This document shows positions 63,435-64,000 of a DNA stretch of 64,000 bases, piece by piece. Position numbers and translations under genes: made by a program. The DNA comes from Octopus bimaculoides (Eukaryota), in the NCBI RefSeq assembly GCF_001194135.2, contig NC_068991.1, positions 72,460,466-72,524,465 of the forward strand. The letters run 5' to 3'. Positions within the stretch are counted from its first letter, which is position 1. Each line of letters starts with the position of its first letter. Under the pieces are notes generated by a model that searched no databases, was not told where the DNA came from, and saw only the letters and a list, made by a program, of their open reading frames with translations.

Positions 63435-63647
63435 CGTTTCTACTTTAGGCATAAGGGCTGAAATTTGTGGAAGGGGCTAGTCGATTACATCGGACCCCAG
63501 TACTTCACTGGTATTTATTTCATCGACACTGAAAGGGTGAAAGGCAAAGTCAACCTCGGCAGAATTTGAACTCAGAACATAAGGACGGATCAAATGCCGC
63601 TAAGCATTTTGCCCAGCATGCTAACGATTCTGCCAGCTCGCCACCTT
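63160..63647 (-). mobile_element. Two family-C SINEs (63160-63378 and 63435-63647) separated and flanked by (AAT)n
   Basis: Two colinear reverse-complement copies with (AAT)n at 63381-63433 and 63648-63690. Confidence 0.8.
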
Positions 63648-63659
63648 AATAATAATAAT

Positions 63660-63691
<32 letters not shown>

Positions 63692-64000
63692 GGTCAAGCA
63701 AATGGAAGCAAATGGAAGTCTCCAGGAAAGGATAAAATTCCTAACTTCTGGTTGAATGCCTTCCCAGAAAGCCATGAACTGCTAACAAAACTTTACAACG
63801 ATGTTTTGCAAAATCCTAGTTTGATGCCCTCTTGGCTAGTTAATGGTTTAACATTCCTGCTTCCAAAAAATGAGGAAACAAACGAACCAAAAAATTATCG
63901 CCCCATAACCTGCTTAACAACAATGTATAAGACGCTAACATCTGTCCTAACCGAGTACACCTATAGTTTTTTAATAGAAAGTAGCATATTCCCTAATGAG
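63692..64000 (+). mobile_element. R4/Dong-type non-LTR retrotransposon, 5'-truncated RT N-terminal region running off the window end
   Basis: Open frame 63710-64000 reads KWKSPGKDKIPNFWLNAFPESHELL...LLPKNEETNEPKNYRPITCLTTMYKTLTSVL...SIFPNE, with the WKSPG.D...NFW and NYRPITCL motifs of non-LTR RT domains 0-1. It starts directly after (AAT)n. Confidence 0.88.

Overview
AT-rich, microsatellite- and repeat-dense eukaryotic draft-genome DNA with about 12 N-gaps. The SINE and MITE families look like those of octopus (inference, not checked against a database). The whole window appears to lie inside one + strand gene, a BRSK1/2 (SAD-family) Ser/Thr kinase. Three consecutive kinase-domain exons are readable: 8629-8697 ([23 protein letters not shown]), 10686-10832 (GALPFDDDN...DPEKRLT) and 13093-13127 (LEEIHRHPWVTA). 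The next conserved exon (UBA linker) was not found, so the following intron is probably over 50 kb. The introns hold several tRNA-derived or RTE-tailed SINE families, TTAA-flanked piggyBac-type MITEs (one nested in a relative), degraded RTE LINE pieces and R4/Dong-type (restriction-like endonuclease) LINE fragments lodged in microsatellites. Best leads: a Penelope-type hammerhead motif next to a perfect inverted repeat; an RLE retrotransposon found twice in (TATG)n/(CATA)n; frame-compatible candidate cassette exons of the kinase; and several long fold-back hairpins in the sense pre-mRNA. Nearly all ORFs in the supplied track are microsatellite or gap artefacts. SINE and remnant boundaries were read by eye and are approximate.
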